Source of the DNA: Cyanobacteria bacterium P01_D01_bin.156
GTDB taxonomy: Bacteria; Cyanobacteriota; Cyanobacteriia; Phormidesmidales; Phormidesmidaceae
Reading direction: 5' to 3'
Length of the DNA stretch: 64,000 bases
NCBI GenBank assembly: GCA_039024555.1
Contig: JBCCQQ010000013.1
Location: 1 to 64,000, forward strand
Shown here piece by piece: positions 1-9,871 of the stretch; position 1 is the first letter of the stretch; every line of letters begins with the position of its first letter. The translations under genes and the position numbers were made by a program. The notes beneath the pieces were generated by a model. That model was not told the origin of the DNA. It did not search any database and saw only the letters and a list, made by a program, of their open reading frames with translations.

Positions 1-139
1 AGCGATGAATAATATCGCGAAAAAATGGAATCGACCGATTAAAGATTGGCGTGCTGCCTTGTCACATTTTGCTATTCTCTTCCCAGAACGCTTTTCTCTT
101 TAAGCAAACAAGCGTTTACACAAAATTCAGATCACTCTC
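1..139 (+). mobile_element. Right end of an IS256-family insertion sequence (transposase C-terminus 2..103 plus right terminal inverted repeat)
   Basis: Frame 2 reads AMNNIAKKWNRPIKDWRAALSHFAILFPERFSL* (stop 101-103), matching the IS256 transposase C-terminal KKWxxPIxDWxxALxxFAI motif. It is followed by TTTACACAAAATTCAGATCACTCTC, a typical IS256 end finishing at 139. Confidence 0.85.
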
Positions 140-385
140 TGTCAACTGATTGCCATTAACCAATGCTACAAGCCTTTGATTGCTATCAATAGTTTGAAAT
201 TCCCATTGTTGATTACCGTTCTCAAATTTTTTCCCCTTCCCCAATATCAACCGTTCAAGCTGAGTCAGCTTGCCAATCTCCTCTGGCAGCTCGCTCAGCC
301 CCTGCCCCGACAGGTCCAACTCCGTCCATCCTTCCGTCGCTGCCCGATCAATCAACGCCAGCAGCTCATCCCTAGTCATTGCCAT
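140..385 (-). pseudogene. 5' part of a leucine-rich-repeat (Roco/COR-type) protein gene interrupted by the IS256 element
   Basis: MTRDELLALIDRAATEGWTELDLSGQGLSELPEEIGKLTQLERLIL...GNQLT is a typical cyanobacterial LRR N-terminus. The frame runs into the IS end at 139 and stops after 7 IS-derived codons. Confidence 0.8.
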
Positions 386-579
386 CGCCTAACCCCAGCT
401 CAGATTCCATACTGGCAAAAATTGCTCGATTCTGGCGCTACCTGCAGATTAAGTAAATGTAGAATTCGCCAACTCAGCATTTACTAAGCCACTCAACACA
501 ACATTGACAATTCGATGTCACAGCAATGTCACATCGCCTATCTAAGCTATGGATAAACGAATCAAAGCGAACCCAATCC

Positions 580-1779
580 ATGACTTATCCACGTCATCCC
601 AAATCTGCAAAGCCCCGTTCCCGTAGCCTAACCATGCTCAGCAGCGTCCTCATGGGAGCCACCCTCGCCACAGCCGGTAGCTTCCTCGCCTGGGCACCTG
701 AATCCCCATTACGTAGCGAAAACCAAGTAGCCGTCGCCCAGACCGCCCCCGCCATAACCCCCACCGCTGGCTCCAACTTCATCACCAATGTCGTCAACGA
801 AGTTGGCCCCGCCGTAGTCCGCATCGACGCCTCCCGCACCGTCAGCCAGCGCATCCCTAACGTATTTAACGACCCCAACTTCCGTCAGTTCTTCGGTGGC
901 CGAGTTCCCCAGGGTGGCCAAGAACGCACCGAACGCGGCCTAGGCTCCGGTTTCATCATCAGTGACGATGGCAAAATTATCACCAATGCCCACGTAGTTG
1001 ATGGTGCAGACACAGTAACCGTCACCCTCAAAGATGGTCGCATTCTCGATGGCCGGGTAATGGGCAGCGACCCTGTCACCGACATTGCCGTCATCAAGGT
1101 AGATGAGCGCAACCTGCCCACCGTCGAGCTAGGCAACTCTGACCAGCTGCAACCCGGCGAATGGTCCATTGCCATTGGTAACCCGCTCGGTCTGGACAAC
1201 ACCGTTACCGTCGGCATCGTCAGCGGTGTCGGTCGCTCCAGCAACCAAGTAGGCGTGCCCGACAAGCGGGTGGAGTTTATCCAAACCGATACGGCCATTA
1301 ACCCTGGTAACTCCGGTGGCCCCTTGCTGAACCAACAGGGTGAAGTTATTGGCGTCAATACGGCCATTATCAGAGGTGCTCAGGGTCTGGGCTTTGCCAT
1401 TCCTATCAATATGGTGGAGAAGATTGCAACAGAACTGGCTGAAACAGGTCAGGTAGAACATCCTTTTGTCGGAATTCAAATGGTTACCTTGAGTCCCACG
1501 GTAAAAGAAGAGATTAATAGCAACCCCAACAGTGGTCTAACAGTCAATGAAGAGAATGGTATTCTCATTGCCCGAGTGTTGCCAGATTCTCCTGCAGCTA
1601 AAGGTGGCCTGCGTGCCGGTGATGTGATTACGGCCATTGATGAGACAACTGTGGCTGAAGCGGCTGATGTTCAGCGCATTGTTAGTAATGGCAAGGTTGG
1701 ACAACAGCTTACTGTTGAAGTACTCCGTGATGGAGAGACTAAAGCGGTCAAGATTAGACCGGAGAATCTGCCTCAATAA
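580..1779 (+). CDS. HtrA/DegP-family serine protease with PDZ domain (HhoA/HhoB-like)
   Basis: GLGSGFI, TNAHVV, TDIAVIK, QTDTAINPGNSGGPL motifs and a C-terminal PDZ domain; start at ATG 580 preferred over 526. Confidence 0.93.
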   Translation: MTYPRHPKSAKPRSRSLTMLSSVLMGATLATAGSFLAWAPESPLRSENQVAVAQTAPAITPTAGSNFITNVVNEVGPAVVRIDASRTVSQRIPNVFNDPNFRQFFGGRVPQGGQERTERGLGSGFIISDDGKIITNAHVVDGADTVTVTLKDGRILDGRVMGSDPVTDIAVIKVDERNLPTVELGNSDQLQPGEWSIAIGNPLGLDNTVTVGIVSGVGRSSNQVGVPDKRVEFIQTDTAINPGNSGGPLLNQQGEVIGVNTAIIRGAQGLGFAIPINMVEKIATELAETGQVEHPFVGIQMVTLSPTVKEEINSNPNSGLTVNEENGILIARVLPDSPAAKGGLRAGDVITAIDETTVAEAADVQRIVSNGKVGQQLTVEVLRDGETKAVKIRPENLPQ

Positions 1780-1827
1780 TCATGTGATGTTGACAGAGAA
1801 CAAGATCCTCTAGAAAATTCAAAGATT

Positions 1828-1870
1828 GCGCGAAGGAGACTTTTGATGTCGTTTTCCCCTTCGCGCTTTT
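1828..1870 (+). terminator. Probable intrinsic terminator after htrA
   Basis: GCGCGAAGG...CCTTCGCGC followed by TTTT. Confidence 0.6.
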
Positions 1871-1912
1871 CTATGTTCGCTATCTGTTAAACCCATAACA
1901 ATAAACAATCCT

Positions 1913-2317
1913 GTAAGGGCAATTCCTTTTGGTTGCCTTTCGATATCAGGTGCAGAATGATGTATGTCATCTGTTTTTTTATGATCATTTTCCAACTCGT
2001 GGGATTAAAGTGTTGGTTAAGGGCAAAACCAATTGCTCGGGGCTCCTCCGAGTTCCCCGAACCCCTATGGGCAGGGCGGATTGCCGCCCTACAACCCGCA
2101 GAATAGAGAGTTTCAGTAAATAGCCATATCGGTTGGGAGGTGGTCGGTAGAGCGGTTTAGAATTTTACGCTCGGTCGCGCAAAATTCTAAAAAGGGTTAT
2201 TCCATTGATGTTTTGCTAATCAATGTTCAAAGAAATCTTTTTTACAGAATTGTGATTCTCTACAACGTGGACCAATAACATCGATTATCCCAGGGCAGGC
2301 ATGAGACCTGCCCCTAC
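1913..2317. repeat. Cluster of degenerate GTAGGGGC...GCCCCTAC-type REP palindromes
   Basis: 1913 GTAAGGGCAATTCC...TTGCCTTT; 2071 GCAGGGCGGATTGCCGCCCTAC; 2291 CAGGGCAGGCATGAGACCTGCCCCTAC; same family as 54675-54797. Confidence 0.6.
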
Positions 2318-2327
2318 CATTCCTCGT

Positions 2328-4601
2328 TTATCGAGCTACTTGTCCCATGTAATTACTCCATAGCTGAGCGGCTTGGGCACTGCTGCCGTAGGTGGGCTCG
2401 TTGTCGTCATTGCCAAGCCAGATGCCAGTGACTAAATCTGCATTGGGGACAAAGCCAATAAACCACAGATCCACACCATCATTGGTCGTACCGGTTTTTC
2501 CAGCTTCTCCCAAACCCAGGTAAGCGCCACGACCGGTGCCGTTGCTAACGGTGCCACGCATAAAAGAAGTCATGGTGCGCGCAGTATTCGGGGTCAATAC
2601 GTCTTGATTAATGTCGCCGCTGCTGTTTGTAAAGTCGAAGATAACGCGACAGGTGTTGCGATCGCGATCATCCTCACAGTCACTACTATCTAAAATTCGC
2701 TGAATGCCATGGGGCCGATTCCATAGACCGTTATTTGCGATCGCTCCCACTGCGCCAGTCATTTCCAACGGCGTCACGCTACTTTGGCCCAGCACCATCC
2801 CCGGTACCGGGTCCAGTTCCGACTCAATGCCCATGGTGCGCGCCAGCCTAGCAATATTGTCTAACCCAGCTTCCTGCGCCACCCGCAGGGCCACCACATT
2901 TTCCGAGAGGGCAAAGCCATCGTACATGTCCAAAGCGCCACTGCCCGAGCGGCACCCTTGGTAAAACTGACCGCCCCAGTTGAGGTCGTTGCAGCTGTAG
3001 CTGCTACCGGCAGAAACCCCCTGCTCCAGCGCACTGGCATAGGCAAATACTTTGAATGTAGATCCGGGCTGACGGATAGCTTGGGAAGCTCGATTAAACT
3101 GGCTTTCGCTATAGTCGGCACCGCCCACCAGAGCCTTTATGTCGCCAGTGGAGGGCTGCACAGTAACCAGTGCCCCCTGGGAAAACCCATAGCGACTCCC
3201 CAAATTATCGATGCCGTTGCGCATGGCTTCCTCGGCCTGATCTTGAACGGCTAAATCCAGACTAGTTTCCACATGGAAATTGCCTTCCCGTGCCAGCCCC
3301 ACCCCCAGCAGCTGGTCCAGCTCATCAAAGATATAGCTATAGAAGTATGGGGCACGGATACTTTGCAGCTGACGACGGGCATCGGGGCTGATTTCAATAC
3401 GGGAACGTCGAGCCCGGCGGCCCTCCTCCTGGCTAACCATGCCAAGGGCCACCATGCGCTCAATGACTCGGTTGCGATAGTCCAGGGCGTCGTCGTAGCT
3501 CTGTACCGGGTTAAAGGCATTGGGGGCGGGCAAGATACCCACCAGAGTGGCCGCTTCTTGAATGTTGAGGTCCTTGGCGGATTTGCCAAAATAAAACTTA
3601 GAGGCATCTTCAAAGCCGTAGAGGTTGTTGCCCAGGTACACCCGGTTGAGATACAGCAACATAATGTAGTTCTTGCTGTAAAAGGTTTCTAGCTTCAGGG
3701 CGACAATCATTTCCCGGATTTTCCGCATGGCGCTGTCGTCGCTGCCCACATATTCTCGGTAAATGTTGCGGGCCATCTGTTGGGTGATGGTGCTGGCCCC
3801 TTCGCGAATGGTGCCGCTACGCAGGTTGGTTTTAGCGGCCCGAGCAATGCCCCATGGGTCCACCCCCAGGTGCCAGTAGTAGCGCGAATCTTCCGAGGCG
3901 ATGACGGCCTTGGGCAGATATTTGGAATATTCTCGCAGTCGGGATTTTTCGATGTGGGCCTGGTTATTGATGGGATTGATCAACACCCGATCGCCGTTTT
4001 CACCGGCATAGACCGATACTGGTCCCTGAATCGATTCAGGAATGGGGCGAATGGGAATCTTTGGCCATTCAATGGCGACTACCCAAAATGCCGCCATGGC
4101 AATACTGCCGGTAACTCCGTAGAGACCGTAGCGAATAGTTTTAAGGTACCAGGGCGCTGGGTTCTGAAACCGCAGGGTAACGGCATCATTTAATTCCTTG
4201 GGTCCCAGGCTGAGTACATCGCCGTCCTGGAGTTTAAAGGTCTTGAGGCGTTTCTTGCCACAGTAGGTGCCGTTGGTAGACTTTTTATCTTTGAGTACAA
4301 AGGGATTGCCGGGCTGGCTGCGATCGCGAGTCAGCGTTAAATGGGTTTGACTCACTAGGGGACTGCGCACCACAATGTCGCAGGTTTTAGAGCTGCGACC
4401 CAATACATAGTGGTCCCCCACCAGATCATAGACCTGACGCTGATTTTCATAGTCAACGACTAGTTTGGGTACCCGGGCCCCCGGCTTTAACGACAGCTTG
4501 TTGAAATCTACCCGAGCAACATTTTGAATGACCTGGGTCATGGTCCCCAGGATGGTACGCGGTGGTGTAGTCGGCACATTAGGCCGGGGTGGCTGAGTCA
4601 T
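2328..4601 (-). CDS. Class A penicillin-binding protein (transglycosylase/transpeptidase) with N-terminal FHA domain
   Basis: FHA motifs LGRS, VSQTH, STNGT; transglycosylase SEDSRYYWH, GASTITQQ; transpeptidase RQPGSTFK, SEN, GKTGTT. Confidence 0.93.
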   Translation of the reverse strand: MTQPPRPNVPTTPPRTILGTMTQVIQNVARVDFNKLSLKPGARVPKLVVDYENQRQVYDLVGDHYVLGRSSKTCDIVVRSPLVSQTHLTLTRDRSQPGNPFVLKDKKSTNGTYCGKKRLKTFKLQDGDVLSLGPKELNDAVTLRFQNPAPWYLKTIRYGLYGVTGSIAMAAFWVVAIEWPKIPIRPIPESIQGPVSVYAGENGDRVLINPINNQAHIEKSRLREYSKYLPKAVIASEDSRYYWHLGVDPWGIARAAKTNLRSGTIREGASTITQQMARNIYREYVGSDDSAMRKIREMIVALKLETFYSKNYIMLLYLNRVYLGNNLYGFEDASKFYFGKSAKDLNIQEAATLVGILPAPNAFNPVQSYDDALDYRNRVIERMVALGMVSQEEGRRARRSRIEISPDARRQLQSIRAPYFYSYIFDELDQLLGVGLAREGNFHVETSLDLAVQDQAEEAMRNGIDNLGSRYGFSQGALVTVQPSTGDIKALVGGADYSESQFNRASQAIRQPGSTFKVFAYASALEQGVSAGSSYSCNDLNWGGQFYQGCRSGSGALDMYDGFALSENVVALRVAQEAGLDNIARLARTMGIESELDPVPGMVLGQSSVTPLEMTGAVGAIANNGLWNRPHGIQRILDSSDCEDDRDRNTCRVIFDFTNSSGDINQDVLTPNTARTMTSFMRGTVSNGTGRGAYLGLGEAGKTGTTNDGVDLWFIGFVPNADLVTGIWLGNDDNEPTYGSSAQAAQLWSNYMGQVAR

Positions 4602-5063
4602 CCTTGAATGTGGCGGAATAGAAACAGATATTTAGAAAACTGAGCGGTGCCCTGGCTGATGAGTGAAGCCTACATAAGCTAAAATCCCCTGGTCTGGATT
4701 ACAGCTACAGCCACCATAACCAGGATTGCGGACATCATGCCATAGCAAAACTGAATTGCCCATTTATGCCCTGGCTGATTTAAAGGATGAAACAATCTGT
4801 AAAGTTACCCCGTCAGCAATGCTTACTCAGACCTTTTCCTGTTCCATCCTGTTTCGGAGCGACAGGTCAGTGAGTCCATTGCTGGCTCAGATTTTGGCGT
4901 TGACCCATGTTGCCCGTGGCATGGAACTCTATCGTGGCTTTCTTCAATTTATGGCGGCGGTGGCCTAGCTGCAAAAAGTGCGATCGCACTTGAATTCCTC
5001 AGCCGTAGACTCTCTGCGATGCCGTAATGCTCGATGGTCAAAACTCGTTTGGGTGCGGTCCAT

Positions 5064-5561
5064 CTAAGAACGCTTTTCCTCTTGTTTGGCTGTCAGAAAA
5101 ATAGCAATCAACAAACAACCAATACCTACATTGATCCAGATATCTGCCAGGTTAAACACTGGGAAACGAGTGACCGGAAATGCCTGAATAAAATCCACCA
5201 CTTCACCCGCTTTCACACGGTCAATCCCATTACCCAAGGCACCGGCCAAAATAAAGCCCCAACCTGCGCGCTCCCAGCGGTCTTCAATACGCATGAAAAA
5301 ACCGTAGCCAGCAATGCCAATGCTGACAATCACCGATAGCCAGGGCAAAATCCAACGGCAGTTCTCACCGCTACAAATGCTCCAAGCGGCACCGCGATTG
5401 AGCACATAAGTAAAGTTCAGCACCCCTGGAATAATGGCTACAGGCTGACCCAGGGTAAAGTTTTGAACAGCCCAATGCTTGGTAATTTGGTCCAGAAAGA
5501 GCCCTATCAAGGCTGTTACCCAGAAGAGGCGATTGACTTGGTTTTTCCGTAATCTGGCCAT
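5064..5561 (-). CDS. lspA: Lipoprotein signal peptidase II
   Basis: LDQITK, NRGAAWS, GALGNGIDR, VVDFI, FPVFNLAD motifs. Confidence 0.95.
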   Translation of the reverse strand: MARLRKNQVNRLFWVTALIGLFLDQITKHWAVQNFTLGQPVAIIPGVLNFTYVLNRGAAWSICSGENCRWILPWLSVIVSIGIAGYGFFMRIEDRWERAGWGFILAGALGNGIDRVKAGEVVDFIQAFPVTRFPVFNLADIWINVGIGCLLIAIFLTAKQEEKRS

Positions 5562-5582
5562 ACTGCGATAACGATACCTTGA

Positions 5583-6179
5583 TTAGTAGAACATGCTTTT
5601 ACGCATGCCATAAGCCATAACCGAAACAGCACAGACCAACACTAGCTGGGCTGGCATGGGAGCAATGGAGTAAATAAAAATGGCATTGGTCAGGGTGGGT
5701 GTATTGTCCCCAGTCCACTGTAATACATAGGATAAGGGCAAATATACCAATCCCACAGTATGAAGTGTGGCCAGTCCTCCCAAGCAGCTGAGAGCTAAAT
5801 TTTCGAGCTTGACGGTTTCTAAAAATGCTAGATACCCACAGACCCAAGCCGCTGGAATAAACCCAAGCAGATAGCCAAAACTAGGCTCCCGCAGATAGCT
5901 CAGTCCTCCCCCTTGGGTAAACACCTGGAGCCCAAAGGCTTGGAATAGCAAAATCCCTAAACTCAGATAGGCAACCTGGGATAAAGCTGCAGCATTTTTA
6001 CCACCCAGACAGCCGATGAACAAGACAGCCCCCACCTGAAAACTCACACCCAGGGAAACCACCTCATGGCTAGGACCCCAATGCCAGGGAACATCGGTAA
6101 TAAAAACCTCTAACCACGTACCTCCAATCGTTAAAATCAAGCCGATTAACGCCCATAGCAACTCTGCCGTTGCAAACAC
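5583..6179 (-). CDS. bioY: Biotin transporter BioY
   Basis: Multi-TM protein with SQVAYLSLG, VFTQGGG, PSFGYLLGF motifs; adjacent to lspA as is common in cyanobacteria. Confidence 0.9.
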   Translation of the reverse strand: MFATAELLWALIGLILTIGGTWLEVFITDVPWHWGPSHEVVSLGVSFQVGAVLFIGCLGGKNAAALSQVAYLSLGILLFQAFGLQVFTQGGGLSYLREPSFGYLLGFIPAAWVCGYLAFLETVKLENLALSCLGGLATLHTVGLVYLPLSYVLQWTGDNTPTLTNAIFIYSIAPMPAQLVLVCAVSVMAYGMRKSMFY

Positions 6180-6346
6180 CTGTACCTCTCCCTGACGACG
6201 GTGGCCTATTGTATCGCTTGTGACGACTTAAAATTCATCACTCCCATGACCGAACGTTACTTTTTTTAATCTGACTGAAAATAAGCACCCACCTAGGTTC
6301 TAGACTGGTTGCCTAACCCTTTTTTCGGCTTTCTTTAATAATTGAC

Positions 6347-7333
6347 ATGTTTCCAACTCATCGCCCTCGTCGGTTGCGCAACCATCCCCACTTGCGCCGC
6401 ATGGTTCGTGAAAACGTTGTAACCACTAGCGATTTTATTTATCCACTATTTGCGGTTCCAGGTGAGGGTGTGGCCAATGAAGTCAAGTCAATGCCGGGTG
6501 TTTACCAGCTATCGATAGACAAAATTGTAGAAGAAGCCAAGGAAGTCTACGATCTGGGTATTCCGTCCATCATTTTGTTTGGTATTCCTGAAGGTAAAGA
6601 TGACGATGCCACTGGCGCTTGGCATGACTGTGGCATTGTTCAGAAGGCGACAGAAGCGGTTAAAAAGGCGGTGCCAGACCTAGTGGTGACGGTGGATACC
6701 TGCCTCTGTGAGTATACCCCCCACGGTCACTGTGGCTATTTAGAGGTTGGTGATCTGTCCGGTCGTGTGCTTAACGATCCCACCCTGGAGCTACTCAAGA
6801 AAACTGCCGTATCCCAGGCCAATGCAGGGGCAGATATTATTGCGCCTTCTGGCATGATGGATGGCTTTGTCACGGCCATTCGCGCTGGCTTAGACGGGGC
6901 TGGATTTGAAGATATTCCGATTATGTCCTATGCCGCTAAGTACGCATCGTCTTACTATGGGCCATTTCGGGATGTAGCCGAGTCTGCGCCTCAGTTTGGC
7001 GACCGCCGGACTTATCAGATGGATCCGGCGAATGGTAGGGAAGCCATTAAGGAGATTGAGCTGGATATCGCAGAGGGGGCGGATATGTTGATGGTGAAGC
7101 CTGCCCTGGCTTATATGGATATTATTTGGCGCGTGAAGGAAGCCAGCAACTTACCGGTGGCGGCCTATAACGTGTCTGGGGAATATTCCATGGTCAAAGC
7201 AGCGGCCCTAAATGGCTGGGTGGATGAGAAAAAGCTGGTGATGGAAACCATGATGAGCTTTAAGCGCTCAGGCGCTGATTTGATTTTGTCTTACCATGCT
7301 AAGGATGTTGCCCGTTGGCTAAAGGGTCAGTAG
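6347..7333 (+). CDS. hemB: Porphobilinogen synthase (ALA dehydratase)
   Basis: [44 protein letters not shown]. Confidence 0.97.
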   Translation: MFPTHRPRRLRNHPHLRRMVRENVVTTSDFIYPLFAVPGEGVANEVKSMPGVYQLSIDKIVEEAKEVYDLGIPSIILFGIPEGKDDDATGAWHDCGIVQKATEAVKKAVPDLVVTVDTCLCEYTPHGHCGYLEVGDLSGRVLNDPTLELLKKTAVSQANAGADIIAPSGMMDGFVTAIRAGLDGAGFEDIPIMSYAAKYASSYYGPFRDVAESAPQFGDRRTYQMDPANGREAIKEIELDIAEGADMLMVKPALAYMDIIWRVKEASNLPVAAYNVSGEYSMVKAAALNGWVDEKKLVMETMMSFKRSGADLILSYHAKDVARWLKGQ

Positions 7334-7433
7334 AAATGGGTAGATGCATATAATCCGATTAGGGTGACAAAAAACTTATAAAAAGCAACAATAATTAACG
7401 AACATCTCACTGGTTAGGTGTTCGTTATTTTAT

Positions 7434-7775
7434 TTGTTCTTCTCTAGAGATTTATTGGTTCAGCCCTTGAGCACTTCAAACGCTTTACCCCCCTCCCACG
7501 GCCACAGCCATAGTGAGGAGTCCCTCAAACGAATTGTGAATCGACTATCGCGTATTGAGGGGCATGTGCGTGGCATCAAGAATATGGTTCACGAAGGTCG
7601 GCCCTGTCCCGATGTGCTGGTGCAGGTGGCGGCTGTGCGGGGAGCCTTAGACCGGGTGGCACGTCTGATTTTGGATGAGCATATTAGCGAATGTATTAGC
7701 CGGGCTGTGACAGAAGGCAACATCGAAGACGAATTAACTGAGTTAAAAGCTGCGTTAGATCGCTTTTTTGACTAG
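7434..7775 (+). CDS. CsoR/RcnR-family metal-sensing repressor (InrS-like)
   Basis: His-rich N-terminus HGHSHS, RLSRIEGHVRG, CPDVLVQVAAV, HISEC; start uncertain (7434 or 7455). Confidence 0.88.
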   Translation: MFFSRDLLVQPLSTSNALPPSHGHSHSEESLKRIVNRLSRIEGHVRGIKNMVHEGRPCPDVLVQVAAVRGALDRVARLILDEHISECISRAVTEGNIEDELTELKAALDRFFD

Positions 7776-8145
7776 TCTGCTGATTCAGCGAGCCTGTAAA
7801 CAGGTTGCAATTAAATTTTTCAGAATTCCCAAGGAAGAGTTTCGAAAAGTTTCGAAATGATACAGATTTGACACTTTTGTTTTTGGCTATGAAGCCTTTA
7901 TGGAGATAGCGGTTGGGCATCTGTAGCGGTTGGGTGAGGCGTGCTCAGTGTCGTTTGGGCGTAAAAAAATGTAATGAAAAGCCTCATCAAAACGGTCTAC
8001 GGTAACGAATATGACGGTGTCTTTATTGCTAAAGCGATCCCTGTTTTTTAAGGGTGATGAATTAGTTTACGCCCGGGTCCCTTTAGTTCGTCGTCATGCG
8101 CAACGGACGATATCAAACTCCATTTAATGTCGAGATAGTTTTAGT

Positions 8146-8862
8146 ATGAGCAGCAATTTAGCCGAAAAGCTGAAAAAAGGTACGCAGAAAGCGCACACTA
8201 TGGCCGAGAATGTGGGCTTTGTTCGTTGTTTTTTGCGTGGCGTAGTTGAAAAAAAGTCCTACCGAAAGCTGGTAGCTAACTTTTACTATGTGTATGCTGC
8301 TATGGAGGAAGAGCTGGAGCGCCACAAAGACCACCCGGTCGTGTCTTCGGTTTACTATCCTGAGTTGTATCGCAAGGAAACCTTGGAAGAGGATCTGGCC
8401 TATTACTACGGGGCAAATTGGAAGGAGCAGATTTCCATTTCGCCCATGGGGCAATCCTATGTCGATCGCATCCGTAAAATTTCTAACGAATCCCCAGAGC
8501 TTTTAATCGGTCATTCCTACACTCGTTATCTAGGTGATTTGTCCGGCGGGCAAATTTTGATGAATATTGCTCAGCGTGCTATGAACCTGGCTGACAATGA
8601 AGGTGTAGCGTTTTACAAGTTTCCTTCCATTCCTGATGAAGGCGCATTTAAGGATAAGTACCGTAGTACTATCGATGCGGCCCCTGTTGATGAAGCTATG
8701 GCCGATAGCATTGTTGAAGAGGCTAATGATGCCTTTGGTATCAACATGGAGCTGTTTAAGGAGCTTGAAGGTAATTTGGTTAAGGCGATTGGTCAAATGC
8801 TGTTTAACAGTCTGACCCGTGGCCGTCGTCGTGGTAGTACTGAGCTGGTTACAGCTGAGTAA
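8146..8862 (+). CDS. ho1: Heme oxygenase (biliverdin-producing)
   Basis: GTQKAHTMAEN, HSYTRYLGDLSGGQIL, EANDAFGINM. Confidence 0.93.
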   Translation: MSSNLAEKLKKGTQKAHTMAENVGFVRCFLRGVVEKKSYRKLVANFYYVYAAMEEELERHKDHPVVSSVYYPELYRKETLEEDLAYYYGANWKEQISISPMGQSYVDRIRKISNESPELLIGHSYTRYLGDLSGGQILMNIAQRAMNLADNEGVAFYKFPSIPDEGAFKDKYRSTIDAAPVDEAMADSIVEEANDAFGINMELFKELEGNLVKAIGQMLFNSLTRGRRRGSTELVTAE

Positions 8863-8895
8863 GGTTTTACTCTGCGGTTGTTTGAATTGAGGTTA

Positions 8896-8930
8896 GAGGC
8901 TAGGTTCTTCGTTGAATCTAGCCTTTTCTC
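8896..8930 (+). terminator. Intrinsic terminator after ho1
   Basis: AGGCTAGGTTC...GAATCTAGCCT followed by a T-rich tail. Confidence 0.7.
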
Positions 8931-9315
8931 TTGATTTGATAGATAGTGACTGAATAATGTCTGAGCTTTAAATAGCAGAGTGGGCTTTAGCCCATAGAGG
9001 CTTTTTCTGAAACCTATTGGCAGTGCCTGGCTGGATATTAGATCAAGTTCTCTAAAGATTTAATGCAGGTCTTGTTCTTTATAAAGGACTCCGATAGCAT
9101 AGGCCTCACTTTCTTGCGATCGCGTGTTTATATTTATTTAGAGCCTGTGTTGATTTAGCTTGCAGATATGGGAAGTACAGAAATCATAGTATTTGTACCA
9201 ATCAAGACTTGAGAAATCTACGTTTTCTGTTATTTTCTGTTGATGTGTGTAAAAGTAACCACAATAGGTGCGATCGAGCGCATATGGTGGCAACTGGTGA
9301 TTGAGGAGTAATTGA

Positions 9316-9864
9316 GTGGTTCTTGCCGCTAAGGCTGATGGGAATAGACGAGCTCAGCGCTCACAAACGGGTAATGTAGTCTCCCTGCAGGCTGTACAGT
9401 CATCGTCAAAATCGCAGGCCGTTCGCAGATTGTCTGTGGTTGGCTCTGCAGCTCCTCAGCGTCAGGTGACGCCAGCTGAAGTAAAGCAGTTTCCCGCGAC
9501 TCCGCAGCTACCCTTAGGTCTCAATCTTTTAATAGGGGTGCAGCAGGGGTCTACGGTGATGACGGGAAGTTTGGTAGCGGCTGCTTTGGTGATCTATAGT
9601 TGGACGGTCTATCTGGATAAAAGTATTGGCCGTGCCTTTCATGAGTTAGAGGGTCTAAAAATTTCTACTCAGCAGGTGACCACGGCAAATGAAACTTTAA
9701 AGCACAGCATGGCTGAGCAGGCAGAGTCTCCTGCGGCTGGATTGCAGCCCTTTGAACCTAAGAGAACTATTTTTCTGGTGCCTGCCCCGGCTCGTTCCTC
9801 TGTGCAGCAGTCGAACGTAGACGCTGAGATGTCTACCCCCATGCCACATCCGTTGGGATACTAA
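9316..9864 (+). CDS. FtsL-like single-TM coiled-coil protein upstream of ftsI
   Basis: Disordered N-terminus, one TM segment, short coiled coil, C-terminal PLGY; ends 7 bp before ftsI. Confidence 0.6.
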   Translation: MVLAAKADGNRRAQRSQTGNVVSLQAVQSSSKSQAVRRLSVVGSAAPQRQVTPAEVKQFPATPQLPLGLNLLIGVQQGSTVMTGSLVAAALVIYSWTVYLDKSIGRAFHELEGLKISTQQVTTANETLKHSMAEQAESPAAGLQPFEPKRTIFLVPAPARSSVQQSNVDAEMSTPMPHPLGY

Positions 9865-9871
9865 TATTCCT

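Noticed and set aside
2328..4601. FHA-PBP1A fusion as a novelty
   Set aside because: This architecture is already familiar from filamentous cyanobacteria.
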